From a virus (taxonomy: Duplodnaviria; Heunggongvirae; Uroviricota; Caudoviricetes): a stretch of 53,635 nucleotides of DNA. Location: positions 1 through 53,635 of IMG/VR virus record IMGVR_UViG_2537561603_000004; one strand, 5' to 3'. A program made the position numbers and the translations under genes. This document shows, in pieces, positions 34,303-42,217 of the stretch. The notes below the pieces were generated by a model that was not told where the DNA came from, did not search any database, and saw only the letters and a list, made by a program, of their open reading frames with translations. Each line of letters begins with the position of its first letter. The stretch's first letter is position 1.

Positions 34303-35343
34303 ATGGTTGATTTATATTCGCCTACTCAGCTTGTACAGGTGGTTAATGCTGTAGATGTACAAAAACAACTAAATGCGTTGTTTACCAGTTTGTTTTTTAC
34401 TCGCTCGGTAATGTTTGAATCGCGCGATATTATTCTTGATACAATCGACGATCCAAATATCCCAATTGCAGCGTTTTGTTCTCCTATGGTGGGTAGTAAA
34501 GTTTCACGTGACGAAGGGTACGAATCAAAAACAATTCGTCCAGGCTATATGAAGCCGAAAAGCAGCATTGATCCAAATAAGTTAGCTGTGCGCCCTGCTG
34601 GTGTATCACCTGAGCAATACAATGCTTTTGGGGCGCGTAATATTAAAGTTAAACAGGCGATTGTAAATCAAGCTAAAGCTATTCGTGCACGTATTGAATG
34701 GCTTGCTGTTCAGGCAATCACAACGGGGAAAAATATCATTGAGGGCGATGGTATTGAACGTTATGAGCTGGACTGGAATATTAAACCACAAAATATCATC
34801 ACTCAGTCTGGCGGTGCTGAGTGGTCAGGTAAGGATAAAGAAACTTTTGATCCAAATGATGATATTGAGAGCTACGCAGAATTTAGTGAGGGCGTCACTA
34901 ATATTATCATTATGGGCGGTAATGTATGGAAGAAATACCGTTCATTCAGAGCGATAAAAGAGGCTCTGGATACCCGTCGTGGTTCTAATTCCGAACTGGA
35001 AACGGCCCTTAAAGACCTTGGTGATTCGGTGAGTTTTAAAGGGTATATGGGCGATGTTGCGATTGTTGTTTACAGCGGGCGTTATACCGACGAGGACGGA
35101 ACAGAAAAACATTTCCTTGATCCTGATTTGATGGTGCTTGGCAATACGGCTCTTCAGGGGATTGTCGCCTATGGCGGTATTCAGGATCCGGAGCTAATCC
35201 GAATGGGGCTGACTAAAGCCGAACTTGCACCGAAAAACTATATTGTGCCTGGTGATCCGGCTATTGAATATGTGCAGACACATTCAGCACCACAGCCAAT
35301 ACCGGCCCGCATCAATCGTTTTGTTACCGTTCGCATTGGCTAA
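34303..35343 (+). CDS. Element-encoded major capsid protein, divergent homologue of lambda gpE
   Basis: ~346-aa protein with clear but partial similarity to lambda gpE along its length (e.g. TRRGSNSELETA.KDLG...GDVAIVVYSG); ATG at 34303 with RBS aagagga. Confidence 0.8.
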   Translation: MVDLYSPTQLVQVVNAVDVQKQLNALFTSLFFTRSVMFESRDIILDTIDDPNIPIAAFCSPMVGSKVSRDEGYESKTIRPGYMKPKSSIDPNKLAVRPAGVSPEQYNAFGARNIKVKQAIVNQAKAIRARIEWLAVQAITTGKNIIEGDGIERYELDWNIKPQNIITQSGGAEWSGKDKETFDPNDDIESYAEFSEGVTNIIIMGGNVWKKYRSFRAIKEALDTRRGSNSELETALKDLGDSVSFKGYMGDVAIVVYSGRYTDEDGTEKHFLDPDLMVLGNTALQGIVAYGGIQDPELIRMGLTKAELAPKNYIVPGDPAIEYVQTHSAPQPIPARINRFVTVRIG

Positions 35344-35352
35344 GGGGGAGCA

Positions 35353-35694
35353 ATGGCTACTCATTACACTGAACTCATGGCTGGCACTGAAGCACTGGTG
35401 ACTACGCTGGGGATATTTTCAGCTAATAAAGGGGTAATTCCTGCATTTACGCCACTGATGCAGGAAGATGCAACAGGTGCACTGGTGGTATGGGATGGTT
35501 CGAGCGTAGGTAAAGCGGTTTATGTTTCCGCTGTACAAATCGACACCGCGAAAAAAACACAGGCTCAGGTCTATAAGACAGGTGTCTTAAATGTTGATGC
35601 TCTGAACTGGCCTGAGTCTGTTAAAGAACTGTCAGTAAAGGTTGCAGCGTTTGTTGGCTCAGGTATTTCTGTTCAGCCGCTGGCTCGTGTGTAA
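35353..35694 (+). CDS. Element-encoded decoration protein, divergent homologue of lambda gpD
   Basis: 113-aa protein alignable to lambda gpD (PAFTPLMQEDATGALVVWDGSSVGKAV... versus [27 protein letters not shown]...). Confidence 0.7.
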   Translation: MATHYTELMAGTEALVTTLGIFSANKGVIPAFTPLMQEDATGALVVWDGSSVGKAVYVSAVQIDTAKKTQAQVYKTGVLNVDALNWPESVKELSVKVAAFVGSGISVQPLARV

Positions 35695-35705
35695 AGGGGG
35701 ATACA

Positions 35706-36089
35706 ATGCAGAATGATTACAATGACCTTAAGCCAATTGCCGAAATGATGTACCCGAATCAAGCTGTAGAGGAATTAAAAGCTATCGCTGACAAAATGTG
35801 TTTAAGCGAGCGCCTTGTTGATATGAATCAGGTGATGGAAATTACAACCCTGAGTCGTCGTACACTGCTAAACCTTGAGGCTAGTGGAGAGTTCCCGGAG
35901 CGTGTGCAGGTTACGGAAGGGCGTAAGGCCTGGTATTTAAGTGAAGTGATCGACTGGATAAATAATATTCCTCGCGCTTCTGAATATTGCCGCGTACCTG
36001 TCCCAAAAAAGCCAGATGCGGCGCTATGCCTCAAGATTGAGCGTGTACGCCGCAATGCACGGGATGGTCGCTATAAGCTGATTGGTTGA
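35706..36089 (+). CDS. AlpA/MerR-like winged-HTH protein upstream of the element cos site
   Basis: 127-aa protein; segment MEITTLSRRTLLNLEASGEFPERVQVTEGRKAWYLSEVIDWI is AlpA-like. Confidence 0.5.
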   Translation: MQNDYNDLKPIAEMMYPNQAVEELKAIADKMCLSERLVDMNQVMEITTLSRRTLLNLEASGEFPERVQVTEGRKAWYLSEVIDWINNIPRASEYCRVPVPKKPDAALCLKIERVRRNARDGRYKLIG

Positions 36090-36109
36090 TGAAATTAGGG
36101 CCCGCTCTG

Positions 36110-36320
36110 GCTGGCGGGTCCTTTCCGGCGATCCAGAACGTTACGGGGCGTCAGGCGCGCAGTTTTTTGCTATTTGTGAAAATTTTCCTGTTTAAGGCGT
36201 TTCCGTTCTTCTTCGCCGTAACTTAATGTTTTTATTAAAAACACCCCCTAAAAAGAAAGGAAACGACAGGTGCTAAAAACAGGCTTTTTGGCCTCTGTCG
36301 TTTCCTTTCTCTGGTTTTGT
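36110..36320 (+). other. Second cos-like site (cosQ/cosB conserved, cosN region divergent)
   Basis: ~210 bp alignable to the prophage cos at 20912-21125; the cosN-equivalent reads gggcgtcaggcg instead of gggcggcgacct. Confidence 0.8.
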
Positions 36321-36687
36321 TGCCATCCGTCGCGGTCTATCACCAGAAAAAATCTTATCCCTGAGTTGAATCAGGCACTATTCAGAAGCGGCCAATAACG
36401 CGCCGCTAGCTTCACTTCATAGTTATGGCCTACTTCTGCGCCATTGCAATTGCTTTATGCGCCTTGATGGTGGAATATAGAGCAAGCAGTTTGCGAATAA
36501 CAAAGTTTCATATGTTTTTTGCTGTGTGGCTAGACAACTTTACAGCAGAGTTTTGTGTCAGTTCTTTATGTGTGCAAGCAAGCTTGAGGGGGAATTACTT
36601 CTGGCTGCATCTTTGCTTAAGAACAGCAATAATTTAATCATAAGGAAATGTATATAAGCCTGATTAAATTTCAGGCTTATTGAAATG

Positions 36688-37830
36688 TTAACTCCTTATT
36701 AGAGAGTAAATTCCATCCTCTTTAAGGAAGTCTATTACTTCAAAGAATGAGATAAAGAATTCCCAAGAACCAAAAGCATATGCATGAATTTCGTAAGGTG
36801 CAAAATGGAATCTAAATCCATCACTATTTATTGTGAACGAGTCTAAGTTACTATCCATGATACCCGTTGCAAACGTACTAATGTCGTCCTCACTTGGTTT
36901 TTCACCAGTTTTCTCCCAAAATTCACGAGCTGATTCAGAGATTATTTTTTGTTTTATCTTATTAATCGCTTCTTGCTCTTTCCCTTCGGTAAATACATCC
37001 CATAAACTAAATTTGTATGCGTAGTCATCCTTGGTTATTACGAAATTACTAGTTTCAAAATGACTGTTAGGGTGTGCTGCTCCCGCACCATACCAATGTA
37101 CGGAATGAAGGATGCTCATGACATTTTCGTTACAGTATGAGATGTTATAACTTTCATTATAGGAACTAGTGTAAGTGTGTTTATATTCTTCATCCCAATA
37201 TGGTGTTCCTGGCCATAGTGATGTGCGTTCAGAAAAAATATGTAAAGCCGCTTTTCCTGAAAAGTAATCACTAATGAGTTTTGCTGATTTCGGTAATGTA
37301 TGGCTTTCAATTCTTGGATATGCTATTTCAATTTCATGCCCTGGGATCTTGTTATATTCTTCCTTGAAAACCTCGCTGCTAAAGTTAAATGGCCCATAAG
37401 TGATACCTTGAGATATTTCAAGTTTTTGTTGCGATGCTGCTAATCTTAAAGATCTAGATAAAATGTCCCAACCATCATTTCTCTTAAAATCAATGAATTG
37501 GAGCTTGCTTGATATGTAGGCGGGTACTTCGCAATCATCAATAAGTAATGGTATCACGAACACATCATCTGGTTTGTAATACTTTAGTTTATCAATGGCG
37601 TCATTTATTTCGCGGCGAATATAACCATTTTTCTGAGTGCTCACTTTGCTAAGGATAAGGATTATCAAGTTTGAATTAGCGAAGTTTTTTTGGATTTCAT
37701 AATCCCAGTTTACGCCAGCGGGTATATCTTTTACATCCATCCAAGGGGAATATCCTCCACTTTTTAGCCTTTCATAGATTTCTTCAGTTATCGTTTCATC
37801 TTCTTTTGCATGAGCAAGAAAAATTTTCAT
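36688..37830 (-). CDS. TIR-domain protein with uncharacterised C-terminal domain (candidate anti-phage effector)
   Basis: 380-aa ORF; N-terminal ~120 aa fit a bacterial TIR fold (MKIFLAHAKEDE...LKSGGYSPWMDVKDIPAGVNWDYEI...SNLIILILSKVS...REINDAI); AT-rich, own RBS (aagga); between the element cos and its right end. Confidence 0.7.
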   Translation of the reverse strand: MKIFLAHAKEDETITEEIYERLKSGGYSPWMDVKDIPAGVNWDYEIQKNFANSNLIILILSKVSTQKNGYIRREINDAIDKLKYYKPDDVFVIPLLIDDCEVPAYISSKLQFIDFKRNDGWDILSRSLRLAASQQKLEISQGITYGPFNFSSEVFKEEYNKIPGHEIEIAYPRIESHTLPKSAKLISDYFSGKAALHIFSERTSLWPGTPYWDEEYKHTYTSSYNESYNISYCNENVMSILHSVHWYGAGAAHPNSHFETSNFVITKDDYAYKFSLWDVFTEGKEQEAINKIKQKIISESAREFWEKTGEKPSEDDISTFATGIMDSNLDSFTINSDGFRFHFAPYEIHAYAFGSWEFFISFFEVIDFLKEDGIYSLIRS

Positions 37831-37941
37831 TGAATATTCCTTTATAATTTAACTAATTAAGTGAAGGAGGCTTTACTTGGCTGTGTTAGAAAAAATTCGG
37901 TTTGTTTTTTGTACGATGCCAAGAAGGCTTTTCCCTAACCA

Positions 37942-37962
37942 TGTATTGCAGCATGTATTGCT
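37942..37962 (+). repeat. Arm-type repeat, right copy (TGTATTGCAGCATGTATTGCT)
   Basis: Same-orientation copy of the 27449-27469 repeat. Confidence 0.6.
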
Positions 37963-38042
37963 ACGTAATTCTGCACCCTCTCATTTATAAAATAAATCTC
38001 TGTTAAATCAAGTATCTTTTTTCTATTTGACTCATGTAACCC

Positions 38043-38828
38043 AAGCATGAAGTGAATCCGCAGATGACCCTGCGTCGCCTGCCGGATGAAGATCCGCAGA
38101 ATCTGGTGGACCCGGCTTACCGCCGCCGTCGCATCATCATGCAGAACATGCGTGACGAAGAGCTGGCCATTGCTCAGGTCGAAGAGATGCAGGCAGTTTC
38201 TGCCGTGCTTAAGGGCAAATACACCATGACCGGTGAAGCCTTCGATCCGGTTGAGGTGGATATGGGCCGCAGTGAGGAGAATAACATCACGCAGTCCGGC
38301 GGCACGGAGTGGAGCAAGCGTGACAAGTCCACGTATGACCCGACCGACGATATCGAAGCCTACGCGCTGAACGCCAGCGGTGTGGTGAATATCATCGTGT
38401 TCGATCCGAAAGGCTGGGCGCTGTTCCGTTCCTTCAAAGCCGTCAAGGAGAAGCTGGATACCCGTCGTGGCTCTAATTCCGAGCTGGAGACAGCGGTGAA
38501 AGACCTGGGTAAAGCGGTGTCCTATAAGGGGATGTATGGCGATGTGGCCATCGTCGTGTATTCCGGACAGTACGTGGAAAACGGCGTCAAAAAGAACTTC
38601 CTGCCGGACAACACGATGGTGCTGGGGAACACTCAGGCACGCGGTCTGCGCACCTATGGCTGCATTCAGGATGCGGACGCACAGCGCGAAGGCATTAACG
38701 CCTCTGCCCGTTACCCGAAAAACTGGGTGACCACCGGCGATCCGGCGCGTGAGTTCACCATGATTCAGTCAGCACCGCTGATGCTGCTGGCTGACCCTGA
38801 TGAGTTCGTGTCCGTACAACTGGCGTAA
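38043..38828 (+). pseudogene. E: Major capsid protein E, 3' portion (codons ~80-341), separated from 5' portion by the insertion
   Basis: Translation KHEVNPQMTLRRLPDEDPQNL...FVSVQLA matches lambda gpE from residue ~80 to the C-terminus, in frame with the core. Confidence 0.9.
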
Positions 38829-38869
38829 TCATGGCCCTTCGGGGCCATTGTTTCTCTGTGGAGGAGTCC

Positions 38870-39268
38870 ATGACGAAAGATGAACTGATTGCCCGTCTCC
38901 GCTCGCTGGGTGAACAACTGAACCGTGATGTCAGCCTGACGGGGACGAAAGAAGAACTGGCGCTCCGTGTGGCAGAGCTGGAAGAGGAGCTTGATGACAC
39001 GGATGAAACTGCCGGTCAGGACACCCCTCTCAGCCGGGAAAATGTGCTGACCGGACATGAAAATGAGGTGGGATCAGCGCAGCCGGATACCGTGATTCTG
39101 GATACGTCTGAACTGGTCACGGTCGTGGCACTGGTGACGCTGCATACTGATGCACTTCACGCCACGCGGGATGAACCTGTGGCATTTGTGCTTCCGGGAA
39201 CGGCGTTCCGTGTCTCTGCCGGTGTGGCAGCCGAAATGACAGAACGTGGCCTGGCCAGAATGCAATAA
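38870..39268 (+). CDS. FI: DNA-packaging protein FI
   Basis: 132-aa translation (MTKDELIARLRSLGEQLNRDVSL...) matches lambda FI. Confidence 0.9.
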   Translation: MTKDELIARLRSLGEQLNRDVSLTGTKEELALRVAELEEELDDTDETAGQDTPLSRENVLTGHENEVGSAQPDTVILDTSELVTVVALVTLHTDALHATRDEPVAFVLPGTAFRVSAGVAAEMTERGLARMQ

Positions 39269-39279
39269 CGGGAGGCGCT

Positions 39280-39633
39280 GTGGCTGATTTCGATAACCTG
39301 TTCGATGCTGCCATTGCCCGCGCCGATGAAACGATACGCGGGTACATGGGAACGTCAGCCACCATGACATCCGGTGAGCAGTCCGGCGCAGTAATACGTG
39401 GTGTTTTTGATGACCCTGAAAATATCAGCTATGCCGGACAGGGCGTGCGCGTTGAAGGCTCCAGCCCGTCCCTGTTTGTCCGGACTGATGATGTGCGGCA
39501 GCTGCGGCGCGGCGACACGCTGACCATCGGTGAGGAAAACTTCTGGATAGACCGGATTTCGACGGATGATGGCGGAAGCTGTCATCTCTGGCTTGGGCGT
39601 GGCGTGCCGCCTGCCGTTAACCGTCGTCGCTGA
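39280..39633 (+). CDS. FII: Head-tail connector FII
   Basis: 117-aa translation matches lambda FII. Confidence 0.9.
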   Translation: MADFDNLFDAAIARADETIRGYMGTSATMTSGEQSGAVIRGVFDDPENISYAGQGVRVEGSSPSLFVRTDDVRQLRRGDTLTIGEENFWIDRISTDDGGSCHLWLGRGVPPAVNRRR

Positions 39634-39644
39634 AGGGGGGATGT

Positions 39645-40223
39645 ATGGCCATAAAAGGTCTTGAGCAGGCCGTTGAAAACCTCAGCCGTATCAGCAGAAC
39701 GGCGGTGCCCGGTGCCGCCGCAATGGCCATTAACCGCGTTGCTTCATCCGCGATATCGCAGTCGGCGTCACAGGTTGCCCGTGAGACAAAGGTACGCCGG
39801 AAACTGGTAAAGGAAAGGGCCAGGCTGAAAAGGGCCACGGTCAAAAATCCGCAGGCCAGAATCAAGGTTAACCGGGGGGATTTGCCCGTAATCAGGCTGG
39901 GTAACGCGCGGGTTGTCCTGTCCCGACGCAGGCGTCGTAAAAAGGGGCAGCGTTCATCCCTGAAAGGTGGCGACAGCGTGCTTGTGGTGGGAAACCGTCG
40001 TATTCCCGGCGCGTTTATTCAGCAACTGAAAAATGGCCGGTGGCATGTCATGCAGCGTGTGGCCGGGAAAAACCGTTACCCCATTGATGTGGTGAAAATC
40101 CCGATGGCAGTGCCGCTGACCACGGCGTTTAAACAGAATATTGAGCGGATACGGCGTGAACGTCTTCCGAAAGAGCTGGGCTATGCGCTGCAGCATCAAC
40201 TGAGGATGGTAATAAAGCGATGA
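39645..40223 (+). CDS. Z: Minor tail protein Z
   Basis: 192-aa translation matches lambda Z. Confidence 0.9.
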   Translation: MAIKGLEQAVENLSRISRTAVPGAAAMAINRVASSAISQSASQVARETKVRRKLVKERARLKRATVKNPQARIKVNRGDLPVIRLGNARVVLSRRRRRKKGQRSSLKGGDSVLVVGNRRIPGAFIQQLKNGRWHVMQRVAGKNRYPIDVVKIPMAVPLTTAFKQNIERIRRERLPKELGYALQHQLRMVIKR

Positions 40224-40615
40224 AACATACAGAACTCCGTGCAGCCGTACTGGATGCACTGGAAAAACATGACACCGGGGCGACGCTTTTTGATGGTCGC
40301 CCCGCTGTTTTTGATGAGGAGGATTTTCCGGCAGTTGCCGTTTATCTCACCGGCGCTGAATACACGGGCGAAGAGCTGGACAGCGATACCTGGCAGGCGG
40401 AGCTGCATATTGAAGTTTTCCTGCCTGCTCAGGTGCCGGATTCAGAGCTGGATTCGTGGATGGAGTCCCGGATTTATCCGGTGATGAGCGATGTCCCGGC
40501 ACTGTCAGATTTGATCACCAGTATGGTGGCCAGTGGCTATGACTACCGGCGCGACGATGATGCGGGCCTGTGGAGTTCAGCCGATCTGACTTATGTCATT
40601 ACCTATGAAATGTGA
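40220..40615 (+). CDS. U: Tail terminator U
   Basis: 131-aa translation matches lambda U. Confidence 0.9.
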   Translation: MKHTELRAAVLDALEKHDTGATLFDGRPAVFDEEDFPAVAVYLTGAEYTGEELDSDTWQAELHIEVFLPAQVPDSELDSWMESRIYPVMSDVPALSDLITSMVASGYDYRRDDDAGLWSSADLTYVITYEM

Positions 40616-40622
40616 GGACGAT

Positions 40623-41363
40623 ATGCCTGTACCAAATCCAGTAATGCCGGTGAAAGGGGCCGGGACCACCCTGTGGGTTTATAAGGGGAACGGTGACCCT
40701 TATGCGAACCCGCTTTCAGACGTTGACTGGTCGCGTCTGGCTAAAGTTAAAGACCTGACGCCCGGCGAACTGAGCGCTGAGTCCTATGACGACAGCTATC
40801 TCGATGATGAAGATGCGGACTGGACTGCGACCGGGCAGGGGCAGAAATCTGCCGGAGATACCAGCTTCACGCTGGCGTGGATGCCCGGAGAGCAGGGGCA
40901 GCAGGCGCTGCTGGCGTGGTTTAATGAAGGGGATACCCGTGCCTATAAAATCCGCTTCCCGAACGGCACGGTCGATGTGTTCCGCGGCTGGGTCAGCAGT
41001 ATCGGTAAGGCGGTGACGGCGAAGGAAGTGATCACCCGCACGGTGAAAGTCACCAACGTGGGACGTCCGTCGATGGCAGAAGATCGCAGCACGGTGACGG
41101 CGACAACCGGCATGACGGTGACACCCGCCAGTGCTTCCGTAGTGAAAGGGCAGAGCACTACGCTGACCGTGGCATTCCAGCCGGAGGGCGCAACCGACAA
41201 GAGCTTCCGTGCGGTGTCTGCGGATAAAACAAAAGCCACCGTGTCGGTCAGCGGTATGACCATCACCGTGAACGGCGTTGCTGCAGGCAAGGTCAACATT
41301 CCGGTTGTATCCGGTAATGGTGAGTTTGCTGCGGTTGCAGAAATCACCGTCACCGCCAGTTAA
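40623..41363 (+). CDS. V: Major tail protein V
   Basis: 246-aa protein from the ATG at 40623 ([21 protein letters not shown]...) matches lambda V. Confidence 0.9.
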   Translation: MPVPNPVMPVKGAGTTLWVYKGNGDPYANPLSDVDWSRLAKVKDLTPGELSAESYDDSYLDDEDADWTATGQGQKSAGDTSFTLAWMPGEQGQQALLAWFNEGDTRAYKIRFPNGTVDVFRGWVSSIGKAVTAKEVITRTVKVTNVGRPSMAEDRSTVTATTGMTVTPASASVVKGQSTTLTVAFQPEGATDKSFRAVSADKTKATVSVSGMTITVNGVAAGKVNIPVVSGNGEFAAVAEITVTAS

Positions 41364-41378
41364 TCCGGAGAGTCAGCG

Positions 41379-41801
41379 ATGTTCCTGAAAACCGAATCAT
41401 TTGAATATAACGGCGTGACCGTCACGCTTTCTGAACTGTCAGCCCTGCAGCGTATTGAGCATCTTGCCCTGATGAAACGGCAGGCAGAACCGGCGGGATC
41501 CGACAGCAACCGGCAGGTTACTGTGGAAGACGTCATCAGAACCGGCGCGTTTCTGGTGGCGATGTCCCTGTGGCATAACCATCCGAAGAAGACGCAGATG
41601 CCGTCCATGAATGAAGCCGTTAAACAGATTGAGCAGGAAGTGCTTACCACCTGGCCCACAGAGGCAATTTCTCATGCTGAAAACGTGGTGTACCGGCTGT
41701 CCGGTATGTATGAGTTTGTGGTGAATAATGCCCCCGAACAGGCAGAGGACGCCGGGCCTGCAGAGCCTGTTTCTGCGGGAAAGTGTTCGACGGTGAGCTG
41801 A
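41379..41801 (+). CDS. G: Tail assembly chaperone G
   Basis: 140-aa translation matches lambda G; slippery GGGAAAG at 41777-41783. Confidence 0.9.
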   Translation: MFLKTESFEYNGVTVTLSELSALQRIEHLALMKRQAEPAGSDSNRQVTVEDVIRTGAFLVAMSLWHNHPKKTQMPSMNEAVKQIEQEVLTTWPTEAISHAENVVYRLSGMYEFVVNNAPEQAEDAGPAEPVSAGKCSTVS

Positions 41802-42217
41802 GTTTTGCCCTGAAACTGGCGCGTGAGATGGGGCGACCCGACTGGCGTGCCATGCTTGCCGGGATGTCATCCACGGAGTATGCCGACTGGCACCGCTTTT
41901 ACAGTACCCATTATTTTCATGATGTTCTGCTGGATATGCACTTTTCCGGGCTGACGTACACCGTGCTCAGCCTGTTTTTCAGCGATCCGGATATGCATCC
42001 GCTGGATTTCAGTCTGCTGAACCGGCGCGAGGCTGACGAAGAGCCTGAAGATGATGTGCTGATGCAGAAAGCGGCAGGGCTTGCCGGAGGTGTCCGCTTT
42101 GGCCCGGACGGGAATGAAGTTATCCCCGCTTCCCCGGATGTGGCGGACATGACGGAGGATGACGTAATGCTGATGACAGTATCAGAAGGGATCGCAGGAG
42201 GAGTCCGGTATGGCTGA
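41379..42217 (+). CDS. GT: Tail assembly chaperone G-T fusion (-1 programmed frameshift at GGGAAAG)
   Basis: T reading frame (41783..42217; matches lambda T) is in -1 frame relative to G and overlaps the slippery heptamer. Confidence 0.8.

Larger units (their letters stand above)
27321..38042 (+). mobile_element. Integrative satellite-like element (~10.7 kb) inserted in capsid gene E
   Basis: Bounded by a duplicated AAGCA core (27316-27320 and 38043-38047); carries its own integrase, AlpA-like regulators, RHH repressor, primase-helicase with iteron ori, SSB, E-like and D-like capsid genes, a cos-like site and AT-rich cargo; arm-like repeats near both ends. Confidence 0.8.

Noticed and set aside
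36425-36637. 70-aa plus-strand ORF in the AT-rich region upstream of the TIR gene
   Set aside because: Low-complexity translation of AT-rich intergenic DNA with no RBS; more likely the TIR gene 3' flank or terminator region.
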